A DNA stretch of 64,000 bases. Origin: Gemmatimonadales bacterium. Lineage in GTDB: Bacteria; Gemmatimonadota; Gemmatimonadetes; Gemmatimonadales; GWC2-71-9. This document shows, piece by piece, positions 51,815 through 61,828 of the stretch. The stretch is taken from assembly GCA_035280265.1 (NCBI GenBank), contig DATEGE010000143.1, positions 2,307 to 66,306 on the forward strand, read 5' to 3'. Positions within the stretch are counted from its first letter, which is position 1. Each line of letters starts with the position of its first letter. The notes below the pieces were generated by a model, which searched no databases, had not been told where the DNA came from, and was given only the letters and a program-made list of their open reading frames with translations. The position numbers were made by a program, and so were the translations under genes.

Positions 51815-52257
51815 TGCGCGGAGCCTCGTCTCGCGTCGAGATAGTGCTGCAGCATCACCGTCGCCGCGAGGGAGTCCACATCCTCCTTGCGACCCCGAGT
51901 GGTCCCACCCATTTCGCGGACCGCTCGCAGGGCGCGGGCGCTCGTAAGACGCTCGTCCCAGAGCTCGACCGGCTTCCCGGAGGTGCGCGCGATCTCGCCG
52001 GCAAGGGCGCGCGCGGCGCGCGCGGCTTCACCTTCCGTGCCTGCCGCATCGAGGGGCAGGCCGACCACCACGCCGGTCACGCCGTGCTGCTCGAGCAGAG
52101 TGAGAAGCTGGCGCATGGGGAATCGCTTGCCGGCGCGGCGGGTGAGGGTGACGAGGGGCTGGGCGATGAGTTGGGATTCGTCCGACAGCGCGACGCCAAT
52201 GCGCTGTTGGCCCCAATCGACGCCAACCAACCGTCCTCGGGTCGGCCCGTCCGTCAC
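51811..52257 (-). CDS. ruvX: Holliday junction resolvase-like nuclease RuvX (YqgF)
   Basis: [17 protein letters not shown]..., VVGLPL..AGTEGE, ...DERLTS. Confidence 0.9.
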   Translation of the reverse strand: MTDGPTRGRLVGVDWGQQRIGVALSDESQLIAQPLVTLTRRAGKRFPMRQLLTLLEQHGVTGVVVGLPLDAAGTEGEAARAARALAGEIARTSGKPVELWDERLTSARALRAVREMGGTTRGRKEDVDSLAATVMLQHYLDARRGSAQ

Positions 52258-53513
52258 CCTTGGGCCATCGTCTGGAAGAACTCGACGTTCGTCTTCGTCC
52301 GCTTGAGGCGCTCGAGCAGGAACTCGATGGCCTCGACGGGTGGCATGTCCGCGAGGAAGTTGCGCAGCAGGTAGACCTTGTTGAGCTCTTCCTTACCGAG
52401 CAGGAGCTCTTCCTTGCGAGTGCTGGTGCGCTGCACGTCGATGGCGGGGAAGGTGCGCCGCTCCGCGATGCGGCGGTCGAGGATCACTTCGGAGTTGCCG
52501 GTCCCCTTGAACTCTTCGAAGATGACCTCGTCCATGCGGGAGCCGGTGTCGATGAGCGCGGTGGCCAGGATCGTGAGCGACCCGCCGCCCTCGATGTTGC
52601 GCGCCGCGCCGAAGAACCGCTTGGGCTTCTGCAACGCGTTCGCGTCCACACCGCCCGAGAGGATCTTCCCCGAGTGCGGCACCACGACATTGTGCGCCCG
52701 CCCGAGGCGTGTGATCGAGTCGAGCAGGATCACCACGTCCTTGCCGTGCTCCACCAGGCGCTTCGCCTTCTCGATCACCATGTCCGCGACCTGGACGTGC
52801 CGGTCGGCCGGCTCGTCGAACGTCGAGGAGATCACCTCGACGTTGGTCCCCTTGACGTTCTCCTCCATGTCGGTCACTTCTTCGGGCCGCTCGTCGATGA
52901 GCAGCACGATGAGGTAGATCTCGGGATGGTTTTCGATGATGGAATTGGCGAGCTTCTGCATGAGGATCGTCTTCCCAGCCTTGGGCGGCGACACGATGAG
53001 CCCGCGTTGTCCCATCCCGATCGGGCTCAAGATGTCCATCACGCGCATCGAGAGGTCGCCGTCCTTACGCTCCAGCTTGATGCGTCGCTCGGGGTAGCGG
53101 GGACGGAGGTTGTCGAACGCGACGCGGTGCTTCGCCTTCTCGGGCTCGTCGCCGTTCACGACCTCGACCTTCAGGAGGGCGAGGTAGCGCTCGCCCTCTT
53201 TGGGAGGCCGCACCTGGCCCATGATGGTATCGCCGGTGCGCAGGTCGAACCGCTTGATCTGGCTGGGTGAGACGTAGATGTCGTCGGGTCCGTACAGGTA
53301 GTTCCAGTCGGGACTGCGAAGGAAGCCGTAGCCCTCGGGCAGGATCTCGAGGACGCCCTCGCCGCGCAGCACCGTATCCGAGTCGAGGAGCGATTGCTCG
53401 ATGCGAAAGATGAGATCCTGCTTGCGGAGCCCTGAGTAGTTGGTGATGTTCAGGGTTTCGGCCATCGCGTGCAGTTCCGCGACGGATTTCCTCTTCAGTT
53501 CAGCGATATCCAC
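52254..53513 (-). CDS. rho: transcription termination factor Rho
   Basis: [21 protein letters not shown] (Rho N-terminal), GYGFLR, PPKAGKT (Walker A), [20 protein letters not shown]. Confidence 0.97.
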   Translation of the reverse strand: MDIAELKRKSVAELHAMAETLNITNYSGLRKQDLIFRIEQSLLDSDTVLRGEGVLEILPEGYGFLRSPDWNYLYGPDDIYVSPSQIKRFDLRTGDTIMGQVRPPKEGERYLALLKVEVVNGDEPEKAKHRVAFDNLRPRYPERRIKLERKDGDLSMRVMDILSPIGMGQRGLIVSPPKAGKTILMQKLANSIIENHPEIYLIVLLIDERPEEVTDMEENVKGTNVEVISSTFDEPADRHVQVADMVIEKAKRLVEHGKDVVILLDSITRLGRAHNVVVPHSGKILSGGVDANALQKPKRFFGAARNIEGGGSLTILATALIDTGSRMDEVIFEEFKGTGNSEVILDRRIAERRTFPAIDVQRTSTRKEELLLGKEELNKVYLLRNFLADMPPVEAIEFLLERLKRTKTNVEFFQTMAQG

Positions 53514-53652
53514 GTGTGTCTTGCCTCGTAGCTCTACGGCGGGCGAAACCCCGGGGTGGGGGAGTGAGCGCGTTGAAAATGGAATCTGGGAAGTCGAAGG
53601 AGTGCGAGAGAGCTATAGTAGGGGTGTCAGGACCCGGCGTCAAGGGCGCGCC

Positions 53653-54759
53653 ATGGCGCTGAGCGACTACTTGGTGGCGTGGCGCACGGCGCAGCTCCCT
53701 GACCGGGAAGTCATTGACGCGCTTGTAGATCCGGCGCACGCCGGCCCATCCCCACAGCTCGCCGCTGAGCTCGCGCACTGGCCCGGCGGTTACTACTGGT
53801 CGGACGAGCCGGGCGGGCGCCATCTCGTGCTGACCCGGCCGGAAGGCCGGCCCCGGGAGCGCTGGGCCCTCCACGTCCTCCTCTTCCTCGCCACCCTCTT
53901 CACCACGACCTTCGTGGGGGCGGTGTTCGCGGGCCGGATACCGCTCGATCCCAACCCGATCGCCCTTATCACCGGCACGTATCCGGTCCCGGCGGGCTTC
54001 GTGGGCGCCTGGGCTTCGGGGTTCCGCTTTTCCCTGCCGCTGCTCGCCATCTTGCTGTGCCACGAGTTCGGGCATTACCTCACGGCACGCCGTTATCAGC
54101 TCGACGTCTCGCCGCCCTATTTCATTCCCGTCCCGTTCGTGCCCTGGTCGATCGGCACGATGGGCGCGTTCATCCGGCTCCGCACGATCTTGTCGGACCG
54201 CCGCCAGCTGCTGGACGTAGGCATCGCGGGACCGATCGGCGGATTGCTCGTTGCACTCCCCGTGCTGTGGTTCGGATTGCGCTTGAGCCACCCCGCAACG
54301 GGCGGCGAGGTCGGGCTGTTCCTGACGATGGGGGCTGACCCCAACTACCCCCTCGGTGACTCGCTGCTGACGCTGGGACTGCGCCGGCTGATTCACGGCG
54401 CCACCCCCGGCATCGTGCTCGACCCGATGGGCTTTGCCGGATGGCTCGGGATCATCGTCACGATGTACAACCTGCTGCCGATCTCTCAGCTCGACGGCGG
54501 ACACATCCTGTACGCGGCGCTGCCCCGCTGGCATCGACGCATCGCGCTCGCGTTCTGGGTGCTGATCGTGCTGCTCGGCGCGGTGTGGAAGGGGTGGTTG
54601 CTGTGGGGGTTCTTGGTGTTGCTGTTATCGCGCGGCCGCCTCGGGCATCCCGCGGTGCTCGACGCGCAGCGGCCGCTGCCCCCGTCCCGTCGAGTACTTG
54701 CCTGGGCAGCGCTGGTGCTTTTCGTCGTGACGTTTGCGCCGGTACCGTTCCGACTGTAA
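53653..54759 (+). CDS. site-2 protease family (peptidase M50) membrane metalloprotease
   Basis: LCHEFGHYL (HExxH) and NLLPISQLDGGHILY (NxxPxxxLDG). Polytopic. ATG 53653 inside ORF 53440..54759. Confidence 0.85.
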   Translation: MALSDYLVAWRTAQLPDREVIDALVDPAHAGPSPQLAAELAHWPGGYYWSDEPGGRHLVLTRPEGRPRERWALHVLLFLATLFTTTFVGAVFAGRIPLDPNPIALITGTYPVPAGFVGAWASGFRFSLPLLAILLCHEFGHYLTARRYQLDVSPPYFIPVPFVPWSIGTMGAFIRLRTILSDRRQLLDVGIAGPIGGLLVALPVLWFGLRLSHPATGGEVGLFLTMGADPNYPLGDSLLTLGLRRLIHGATPGIVLDPMGFAGWLGIIVTMYNLLPISQLDGGHILYAALPRWHRRIALAFWVLIVLLGAVWKGWLLWGFLVLLLSRGRLGHPAVLDAQRPLPPSRRVLAWAALVLFVVTFAPVPFRL

Positions 54760-54764
54760 GGCAG

Positions 54765-54846
54765 GTTGGTGGAGGATGGTGGAGGTCAGCACGTCGGCGG
54801 AGCAGCCTCCACCATCCTCCACCAACTTCCACCAACCTCCACAACC
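54765..54846. repeat. perfect 21-bp hairpin of GGTGGAGG / CCTCCACC decamer words plus two extra word copies
   Basis: GTTGGTGGAGGATGGTGGAGG (54765..54785), 20-nt loop, CCTCCACCATCCTCCACCAAC (54806..54826), then CTTCCACCAA CCTCCACAAC. Confidence 0.9.
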
Positions 54847-54905
54847 TGCAGTATTGCGTAAGTCCGCGCTTCTTATATCTTTGCCAAAACCAGCCCTAGG
54901 CCCGC

Positions 54906-55190
54906 ATGCCCGGACAACCGGCCAGGTACAACGCACCCGATTCGAACGAAGCGGTCGTCCACGACCTCCCCCCCATACGATTCGACGGACAACTCATCCC
55001 CATTCGCCTCCAGGTGCGCCGGTCCGAGGACGCTATCTGGCGGGGCCGGGTCCTGTTCGGCGCGCCGGACACCGAGGCCGAGCGCGCTACGGCCGAGATC
55101 TTCTGTGCCACCTCCGAGCCGGACCTGTGGCAGGCGGTTCGGGATCTGCGGGACCATCACCTGCGCGATCTGTATCGCTCGCTGCTCTAG
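54906..55190 (+). CDS. hypothetical protein (94 aa)
   Basis: ORF abutting the next gene (TAG then ATG). No family recognised. Confidence 0.45.
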   Translation: MPGQPARYNAPDSNEAVVHDLPPIRFDGQLIPIRLQVRRSEDAIWRGRVLFGAPDTEAERATAEIFCATSEPDLWQAVRDLRDHHLRDLYRSLL

Positions 55191-55382
55191 ATGGGGGACG
55201 CTGCGGACCGGCTCAGCAAGCTTCGGCACGACCTGTCGAATCCGTTGGCCGCTATTCTCGCCGAAACTCAGCTGCTGCTGCTCAGCGCCGAGAAGTACGA
55301 CGCCGAGACGGTGGGGGGCCTGAAGCAGATCGAAGCGCTCTCCCGCAAGATGCGCGGCATCCTCGAAGCCTTGGACAGATGA
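55191..55382 (+). CDS. free-standing HisKA/DHp-like domain protein (63 aa, no ATPase domain)
   Basis: MGDAADRLSKLRHDLSNPLAAILAETQLLLLSAEKYDAETVGGLKQIEALSRKMRGILEAL. H-box-like RHDLSNPLAAI followed by a second helix. A terminator hairpin directly follows. Confidence 0.55.
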   Translation: MGDAADRLSKLRHDLSNPLAAILAETQLLLLSAEKYDAETVGGLKQIEALSRKMRGILEALDR

Positions 55383-55383
55383 A

Positions 55384-55404
55384 CCGGTGAGTCGCCCTCA
55401 CCGG
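55384..55404 (+). terminator. stem-loop after the small DHp gene (no clear U tract)
   Basis: CCGGTGAG-TCGCC-CTCACCGG: 8-bp perfect stem starting 2 nt after the stop codon. Confidence 0.5.
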
Positions 55405-55521
55405 CCGCGGTTCTCACCTCCCGCGCGGTGGTGGTACCATCCCGGTCGGGCGCTGCGCGCGAGCCCTCCGTGGTGGCGCTGGCCGCGCCGGCGCCCCTCA
55501 TTCCCGCGTTGACGAGCCGCC

Positions 55522-56289
55522 GTGGCGACCTTCCAGCTGCGGCCGTTGTCCACCGGTGAGATCCTCGATGGCGCCCTGGCGCTGTTGCGCCGCTACTTCG
55601 CGCTGCTCTTCGGCGTCGCCGTGGTGTGCGAGGGTTTGCCCACCGCCGTCGACGTGTACGTCGATCTGTCGGGTGGCAGCTCCTCGCACGCGGGGTTGGC
55701 GCTCCTCGATCGGCTACTGAGCGCGGTGGGGACGCTGCTCGTGGTCGGGGCAACCGTTCGCGCCGTCTCGCGGGCTTACCTGGGGGGCGTACCGGAGCTG
55801 GGCGACTCGATCCGCTACGCCGGCGAGAAGCTGGGAGCCGTGTTTGGCGCCTCACTCGTGAGCAGTCTCGTGGTGCTGCTCGCGTCCCTGGCCCTCGTGA
55901 TTCCCGGAATCGTGGTGTTCTGCGGCTACTCGGTGACTGCTCAGGTGGCGGCGCTCGAGACGCCCCCGTCCTCGAGCGACGCACTGCGTCGTTCCTGGGA
56001 GCTCACCAAAGGGTTCAAGGGCAAGGCGTTCGTCTTATGGGTCGTCTCCTTCGGTCTCATCCTGCTGGTGGTCGCCGCCATCGGCTTTCTCGGTGGGGTG
56101 GTCTCGGGCGCGGTGGGCGGGTTCGAGCCGGTCGTCACAGTGCTCCTCGCCTTCATTGGCCTGCTCCTGTATCCGCTGTTGTCCTGCGTGTTCACCCTTT
56201 TTTACTACGACCTGCGCGTTCGCAAGGAAGGCTTCGACCTCGAGGTGCTGAGCCAGCAGCTGGGCATCGCCGCGCGCCTTCAGCCGTGA
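55522..56289 (+). CDS. polytopic membrane protein, paralog A of 58149..59030 (family unknown to me)
   Basis: RPLSTGEILDGALALLRRYF..., SWELTKGFKGKAF, ...FTLFYYDLRVRKEGFDLEVLSQQLGI. Several TM spans. Confidence 0.7.
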   Translation: MATFQLRPLSTGEILDGALALLRRYFALLFGVAVVCEGLPTAVDVYVDLSGGSSSHAGLALLDRLLSAVGTLLVVGATVRAVSRAYLGGVPELGDSIRYAGEKLGAVFGASLVSSLVVLLASLALVIPGIVVFCGYSVTAQVAALETPPSSSDALRRSWELTKGFKGKAFVLWVVSFGLILLVVAAIGFLGGVVSGAVGGFEPVVTVLLAFIGLLLYPLLSCVFTLFYYDLRVRKEGFDLEVLSQQLGIAARLQP

Positions 56290-58106
56290 GCGGCGGCGGG
56301 CCCCTTCCAGTACGCCCAGCCGCTGGCGCCGTAGATGAGCAGGAATACCGCTGACAAGGCGCTGGTGAGGTACTTGTAGGCCGCGGGCGCGTCGCTCGCC
56401 GACAGCAATCCCTCGATAGTGCCAGCAATCGCGAGCAACGTCACCACGGCGCCGACCATGCGCGCCGCGATCCGGCCCTCGACCACGAGCGCGTCACGAC
56501 GCGTGCGGTCGCCCGGCAGGAGCAATGCGCCCGCCAGACGGAACCCCGCCCCGCCGGCGATGAATATCGCGGTCAGCTCGAGAATGCCGTGGCCCGCCAC
56601 GAACGTGGCGAGATAGCCGCCTGCGTGGTAGTTGACGAACACGCCGAATCCGGCACCGAGCATCAAGCCGTTGGAGACGAGCACCATCACCGTCACCACG
56701 CCGCCCAGAAAGCCGCCCACGAACGCCCAGAAACCGATCCGGATGTTGTTGCTGATGATCGCGGAGGCGATGACCGGCAGCTCGTCCTTCGGTGATTCGG
56801 CGTATCCCACGCCCTGGGCCTCGTTCGCCGCCGCTTCCCGTGCCCGGCTCACCATGATGGGCGGCACGAGCTCGTCCTGCAGGTCGGAGTGAGCGCGGAT
56901 CAGGCCATACCCGATGGCCGCCGGGGCGGCAAACAGCACGAACGCGGCGGTCACATAGGCCCACGACTGGACCACGGCCGCGGGGAAGTCCCGCACCAAG
57001 TATCGGAACAGCGGCGCGGGCCGGCGCCCGCGTGCGCGGTACAGGGCGTTGTGCCCGGCGCTCACAACGCGCTCGAGATACTCCACGACCCGCGGATCGA
57101 CACCGTAGGTCCGCGCCCGCGCCAGGTCCGCCGCGACCTCGCGATAGCGGGCCGCGAACGCCGGGATCTGCTGCGACGCAAGGCGGCTCACGCCGGAGCG
57201 CTCGACCTGCGTGGCGAGGGTGTGGAACGCCTCCCACGCCTCGCGCTTGCGAGCGACGAACCGCTCTGCGGTGACCGTCGTGCGCCCCGCCACATCGGGG
57301 CGGGCGCGCGTGGCGAACCGGCTGCGCCGCTTGCGTTGCTCCTCGGCGTGCAGCTCGGCGAGGTAGGCGTCGGCGTCCGCGCTGCGGCGCGGGACGCGGT
57401 CTTGAAACCGCCGGGCCAGTTCCGAAGCCAGTCGCGTTTGCACGGCGGGGTCCAGATCGGCGGCGCGGCTGAGGTACTGATCCAATAGACGGAATTCGTC
57501 GTCCGCCAGCTCCGGCGGGCCCGTTTCGACCGCGTCGTCGGTCGCGGTTGCTGCGGGGGCGGGCGCCAACCCCCAATCGATTGGGCGGTCGCGCACGACG
57601 ATCGTCCCGGCCACGAGGTCGCCGAAGCGCTGATTGCGCCGGTGGAGAAAGACCATGGTGAGTCCGGGAAGGAACGGCAACAGCGGGAAGTAGCAGTCGA
57701 GCAACCGAAACAGACCGCGCACGACGGCGGCGGTCGGCGTGATGGCGTGTCCCGTCTCCATCACGACACGAATCCCGAGCAGCTGCTTGCCCAGGGTGCG
57801 GCCGCCGTTGAGGGCCTCGAGCAGCACGAAATACCCGAGAAAGGCGAACGCGAAGACGAAGATGACGACGGCGGCCAGCCACCCCCCCAGGGTTCCCCCC
57901 ATGTCTGTGAAACCGATCAGGGTCAGCAGCCAGACCAGAAACAGTAGTCCCGCGCTCGCCACCAGTGTGTCCACGAGCGCCGCGGCGGCGCGCGAGCCAA
58001 GGCCCGCGAGCTCGAGATGAACCGCAACGTGCTCCGGGGTCTCGATCCCGAGCTGCTGGCGCAGCGTCGCTACGGGCGACGGCGGCTCTCGCGCGGGCGC
58101 GTTCAC
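56280..58106 (-). CDS. fusion membrane protein: N-terminal RDD domain + C-terminal SpoIIM/DUF95-like domain
   Basis: RAAAALVDTLV...RTLGKQLLGIRVV...RFGDLVAGTIVVRD (RDD). C-terminal ...IISNNIRIGFWAFVGGFLGGV...GHGILELTAIFIAGGAG (SpoIIM-like). Confidence 0.7.
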   Translation of the reverse strand: MNAPAREPPSPVATLRQQLGIETPEHVAVHLELAGLGSRAAAALVDTLVASAGLLFLVWLLTLIGFTDMGGTLGGWLAAVVIFVFAFAFLGYFVLLEALNGGRTLGKQLLGIRVVMETGHAITPTAAVVRGLFRLLDCYFPLLPFLPGLTMVFLHRRNQRFGDLVAGTIVVRDRPIDWGLAPAPAATATDDAVETGPPELADDEFRLLDQYLSRAADLDPAVQTRLASELARRFQDRVPRRSADADAYLAELHAEEQRKRRSRFATRARPDVAGRTTVTAERFVARKREAWEAFHTLATQVERSGVSRLASQQIPAFAARYREVAADLARARTYGVDPRVVEYLERVVSAGHNALYRARGRRPAPLFRYLVRDFPAAVVQSWAYVTAAFVLFAAPAAIGYGLIRAHSDLQDELVPPIMVSRAREAAANEAQGVGYAESPKDELPVIASAIISNNIRIGFWAFVGGFLGGVVTVMVLVSNGLMLGAGFGVFVNYHAGGYLATFVAGHGILELTAIFIAGGAGFRLAGALLLPGDRTRRDALVVEGRIAARMVGAVVTLLAIAGTIEGLLSASDAPAAYKYLTSALSAVFLLIYGASGWAYWKGPAAAHG

Positions 58107-58148
58107 CTGAACATCTTATCGCGACCAGTCACGTGGAGCGAGTGGTCC

Positions 58149-59030
58149 ATGACCGACATCCGGCCCCTCAACTTCGGAGAAATCCTCGACGGCGCGTTGG
58201 TGATCTATCGTCGGCATTTCGGCCTGTTTCTGAGGCTCGCGATGGTCGTGCTGGCGGGGCCCGTCCTCCTCCTGGTATACCTGGCCACGCGCTGGCTCCG
58301 CTTTCTGGTGGTGCAGTCCCCGGCCGCATTGGCGCAGACGCCCGACATGGGAGCGGTGCTCCTCATCATCCCCGTGTTCATCCTGTATTACCTGGCAAGC
58401 CTCGTGCTCACGGCCGGCACGGTCCGCATCATCGCGGATTCCTACCTCGGCCGTGCGCCACGGCTCGTGGATGCCCTCTCGCTCGGGCTGTCGAGGCTGT
58501 GGGGACTCGTGGTAGTCGGACTGGGCAAGGGGATCATCGTGTTCCTGGTGATGGTCGGGATCGTCATCGTCATCGCGGTGGCTGGAGTGATGCTACGGGG
58601 CACCGGGGTCGGCGGTGTCCTGCTGCTCGTGGCGGCGGGGCTCGCCGGCCTCTGGCTGGTGGGTCTCATTCTGTGCGGCTACGGCGTCACCACGCCGGTC
58701 TTGGTGCTGGAGGACCTGACGAGCGCGTTCGATGCCTTTGGTCGCTCCTGGGAGCTGACGCGCGGCTTCAGGGGCAAGGTGTTCGGGCTCGCGATCGTGA
58801 GCATTCTCCTGTTCAATGCGCTGCCCATCTGGGTGCTGCAGGCGTTGTCGGCCGCGGCGCGCATCCCCGCTCCAGCGGTATCGATCGGGCTGGCGGCACT
58901 TGCGGCCGTCGTGCCCGTGCTGCTGACGCCGGCTGTGTCAGCGGTCTGGACCCTCATGTACTATGACCTGCGCGTGCGGCGTGAAGCGTTCGACCTCCAG
59001 GTGTTGAGCCGGCAGCTGGGGATCGTCTGA
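58149..59030 (+). CDS. polytopic membrane protein, paralog B of 55522..56289
   Basis: MTDIRPLNFGEILDGALVIYRRHF..., SWELTRGFRGKVF, ...WTLMYYDLRVRREAFDLQVLSRQLGI. Confidence 0.7.
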   Translation: MTDIRPLNFGEILDGALVIYRRHFGLFLRLAMVVLAGPVLLLVYLATRWLRFLVVQSPAALAQTPDMGAVLLIIPVFILYYLASLVLTAGTVRIIADSYLGRAPRLVDALSLGLSRLWGLVVVGLGKGIIVFLVMVGIVIVIAVAGVMLRGTGVGGVLLLVAAGLAGLWLVGLILCGYGVTTPVLVLEDLTSAFDAFGRSWELTRGFRGKVFGLAIVSILLFNALPIWVLQALSAAARIPAPAVSIGLAALAAVVPVLLTPAVSAVWTLMYYDLRVRREAFDLQVLSRQLGIV

Positions 59031-59038
59031 CTGCCCCG

Positions 59039-59677
59039 TTGATGCTCGTGGCGCAGGGCGTCGGGGTGGTCCCCCCTCCCGCGGACTCGCTGCGCCGGGC
59101 CGTGACCGAGGTGTTCGCGCGCCCCGAGTATCGCTGGGCGACCGGCAAGAGCCCGGGGCAGTGGGTCGTCGAGCAGATCCTCCGCTTCCTCGACTGGCTC
59201 GGGCGCGCCGAAACCAGTCACCCGGCGGCGTTCAAAGCGCTGCTGGTTGTGCTGGTCGTCGCACTATTGGTCATGCTCGCGCATATGGCCTACGTGGTGT
59301 GGCGGATCACCCGACCGACCGCGCGGACGCCGGGCGCCACCGCGACACCCGCGCTCCTCGTGGAGGACGCGCAAACGCACCGTGCTCGCGCCGACCAGCT
59401 CGCCCGGACCGGGCGCTACGCGGAGGCCCTGGCGCACCGCTTCGTGGCGCTGCTGCTGGAGCTCGAACGGCGCGAGGCGTTGACGTTCCACCCATCCAAG
59501 ACTCCGGCGGAGTACGTGGGCGAGGCGCGGCTCGACGCAGCGGGCCGGGCGTCCCTCGGCCAGCTCGTGATGCAGCTGTACCGGCACGTGTTCGCCGCCG
59601 CCCCCTGCGACGAGCAGGCCTACCGCGAATTCGCGGCGCAAGCCGACCTCGTGTTCCAACATGTCGCGGCGGCTTGA
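59039..59677 (+). CDS. DUF4129 domain membrane protein
   Basis: One TM (ALLVVLVVALLVMLAHMAYVVW), then ...ADQLARTGRYAEALAHRFVALLLELERREALTFHPSKTPAEY...LYRHVF. Typical DUF4129 layout from memory. Confidence 0.55.
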   Translation: MMLVAQGVGVVPPPADSLRRAVTEVFARPEYRWATGKSPGQWVVEQILRFLDWLGRAETSHPAAFKALLVVLVVALLVMLAHMAYVVWRITRPTARTPGATATPALLVEDAQTHRARADQLARTGRYAEALAHRFVALLLELERREALTFHPSKTPAEYVGEARLDAAGRASLGQLVMQLYRHVFAAAPCDEQAYREFAAQADLVFQHVAAA

Positions 59678-60914
59678 GGTCGCGCTCGTCCTGCTGTTCG
59701 CCATGGCCCTCGCTGCCGTCATTTGGGCCGGGCGGCGCGGCGCAGGCGACAAGACTGACTTCGATTTCCGCGCGTCCACGCTGGTCTCCGGCCCCGAGGG
59801 CAGCCGGGCGCTCTACGACGTGCTCGCCCGCTTGCGCGTGCCCGTCGAGCGGCGGCGCACGCCGCTGTTCGATTTCGCGAGCGACTCGGCGCGCCGGCCG
59901 GCGATGTTGGTGGTCCTCGATCCGCCGCTCGCGCTGACCGGCGCCGAACTGGACCAAGTCGCGCGGTTCGTCCGCGAGGGCGGTGCCGTGGTCGCGGCCA
60001 ACAGCGGTGGCGGGATCACGTCGTGCGTCGGCTGGCGGACGGCGTACCGATTCTTCCTGCGCGGCGACAGTCTCGCGGTCGTGTCCCCTGATCCCGCCCT
60101 CACCCTGCCGGCGGTGACGAACTACCTCAAACCCCCCGACGCCGTGCAGCAGGCTCGCCGCCGGGTGCGTGGGGCGGGTGACGGTGGGAACGACAGCGAG
60201 GAGGATCATTGCGACATCCTCGCTCCCCTGGCGCAAGACACGCTGCTGCGGTTACGGGACGGCCGCCCCGCGGCGTTGCGGATGCGCTACCCGAGGGGGG
60301 GGAGCGTGACGCTGGTTGCGGACGCCGGATACTTCCGCAATCGCACCTGGCGCGACACCGATGTGCCCGAGTTCGTCACACCGCTACTCGTTCCGACGCG
60401 TCGCGGCGCGGTAGTGTGGGACGAATACCACCAGGGGTTCGGCCACGGGCGGTCCCTCGACGGGGCGGTCGCGGCGTGGCTCCGGCAGACACCGATCGGC
60501 TGGGCGGTGCTACAAGTCGTCGCGGTGCTGGTCATCGGCCTCGCCGTGGCGGGAGTGCGCTTCGGGCCGGCGCGCTCCGCCATCGAGCGGCGTCGCCGCT
60601 CCCCCCTGGAGCACCTGGAGGCGCTCGCGGCTGGGCTCGAAGGCGCGGCCGGTGTAGACACCGCCGTCGCGCTCACGGTCTCGAGTCTGCGGCGGCGGTT
60701 GGGTCGCGCCGGCATGTTGGCTCCCGAGGAGCAGCGCGCCTGGCTCACCACGCTGGAGCTGGCGCTGCCGACGGCCGCCGGTCGGAACGCGGTGCGGCGG
60801 CTGCAGCGCATCCTGAGTCAACCCGGCGGATCCGAGCGCGCGCTCGCGGCCGCCCAAGCCGTGGAGGACGTGTGGCTGGAGCTTCGCCCGGCGCAGACGC
60901 CCGTCGCATCCTAG
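59661..60914 (+). CDS. DUF4350 domain protein
   Basis: N-terminal TM, ...GPEGSRALYDVLARL...LVVLDPP..LTGAELDQVARFVREGGAVV..., second TM near residue 280. Overlaps both neighbours. Confidence 0.5.
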   Translation: MSRRLEVALVLLFAMALAAVIWAGRRGAGDKTDFDFRASTLVSGPEGSRALYDVLARLRVPVERRRTPLFDFASDSARRPAMLVVLDPPLALTGAELDQVARFVREGGAVVAANSGGGITSCVGWRTAYRFFLRGDSLAVVSPDPALTLPAVTNYLKPPDAVQQARRRVRGAGDGGNDSEEDHCDILAPLAQDTLLRLRDGRPAALRMRYPRGGSVTLVADAGYFRNRTWRDTDVPEFVTPLLVPTRRGAVVWDEYHQGFGHGRSLDGAVAAWLRQTPIGWAVLQVVAVLVIGLAVAGVRFGPARSAIERRRRSPLEHLEALAAGLEGAAGVDTAVALTVSSLRRRLGRAGMLAPEEQRAWLTTLELALPTAAGRNAVRRLQRILSQPGGSERALAAAQAVEDVWLELRPAQTPVAS

Positions 60915-61828
60915 AGTCGTTGCAACGAGTGATTCTCGGTCAGGAGGCGGCAACGCGCGAGGCGGTGATCTGCCTGCTCGCGCGCGGCCACGTGCTGCTC
61001 GAGGGCGTGCCGGGCACCGCCAAGACGCTGCTCGTGCGCACGCTGGCGCTCGCGCTCGACGTCAAGTTCCAGCGCATTCAATTCACGCCGGACCTGATGC
61101 CCGCGGACATCACCGGGGTGAGCCTGCTGACCGGGTCGCATGAGTTCACCTTCCGCCCCGGACCGATCTTCGCCGACTTGCTCCTGGCGGACGAGATCAA
61201 CCGCGCACCGGCCAAGACGCAGGCGGCGCTGCTCGAGGCGATGCAAGAGCGCACCGTCACGGTGGACGGCCTCGGCCACGCGCTGTCGGCGACCTTCACG
61301 GTGTTCGCCACGCAAAACCCCGTCGAGTTCGAAGGGACGTACCCGCTGCCCGAGGCCGAGCTGGACCGCTTCATGATGAAGGTCCTGGTGGGGTATCCCG
61401 CGGCGACCGACGAGCAGGGCATCCTTGCGCGCACCGTCGCCGGATTCGAGGCCGACCGGCCGGCGACGTACGGCGTCACGCCGGTGACCAACGCCGCCGG
61501 GTTGGAGAGCCTGCGGCGGGCCGTGGACGCCGTGCGCGTCGAGCCGCAGATCACTGCGTACATCACGGCGGTGGTGCGGGGGACGCGCGATGCCGCCTCG
61601 TTGACCCTCGGTGCCAGTCCGCGCGCCGGCGTGGCCCTGCTCAAGGCGGCCCGTGCCGCGGCTGTGGTGGACGAGCGGGACTACGTCATCCCCGACGACG
61701 TGAAGCGGCTGGCGCCTGTCGTGCTGCGCCACCGGGTGAGCGTCGCCCCCGAGCTCGAGCTCGAAGGCGTGACACCCGACGCCGCGCTCAAGGCCATCCT
61801 CGATCGTGTCGAGGTGCCGACGGCGTGA
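60872..61828 (+). CDS. MoxR-family AAA+ ATPase
   Basis: VILGQEAATREAVICLLARGHVLLEGVPGTAKT (Walker A), LLADEINRAPAKTQAALLEAMQE (Walker B/sensor), TFTVFATQNP. Start uncertain: GTG 60872 chosen. Confidence 0.88.
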   Translation: MAGASPGADARRILESLQRVILGQEAATREAVICLLARGHVLLEGVPGTAKTLLVRTLALALDVKFQRIQFTPDLMPADITGVSLLTGSHEFTFRPGPIFADLLLADEINRAPAKTQAALLEAMQERTVTVDGLGHALSATFTVFATQNPVEFEGTYPLPEAELDRFMMKVLVGYPAATDEQGILARTVAGFEADRPATYGVTPVTNAAGLESLRRAVDAVRVEPQITAYITAVVRGTRDAASLTLGASPRAGVALLKAARAAAVVDERDYVIPDDVKRLAPVVLRHRVSVAPELELEGVTPDAALKAILDRVEVPTA

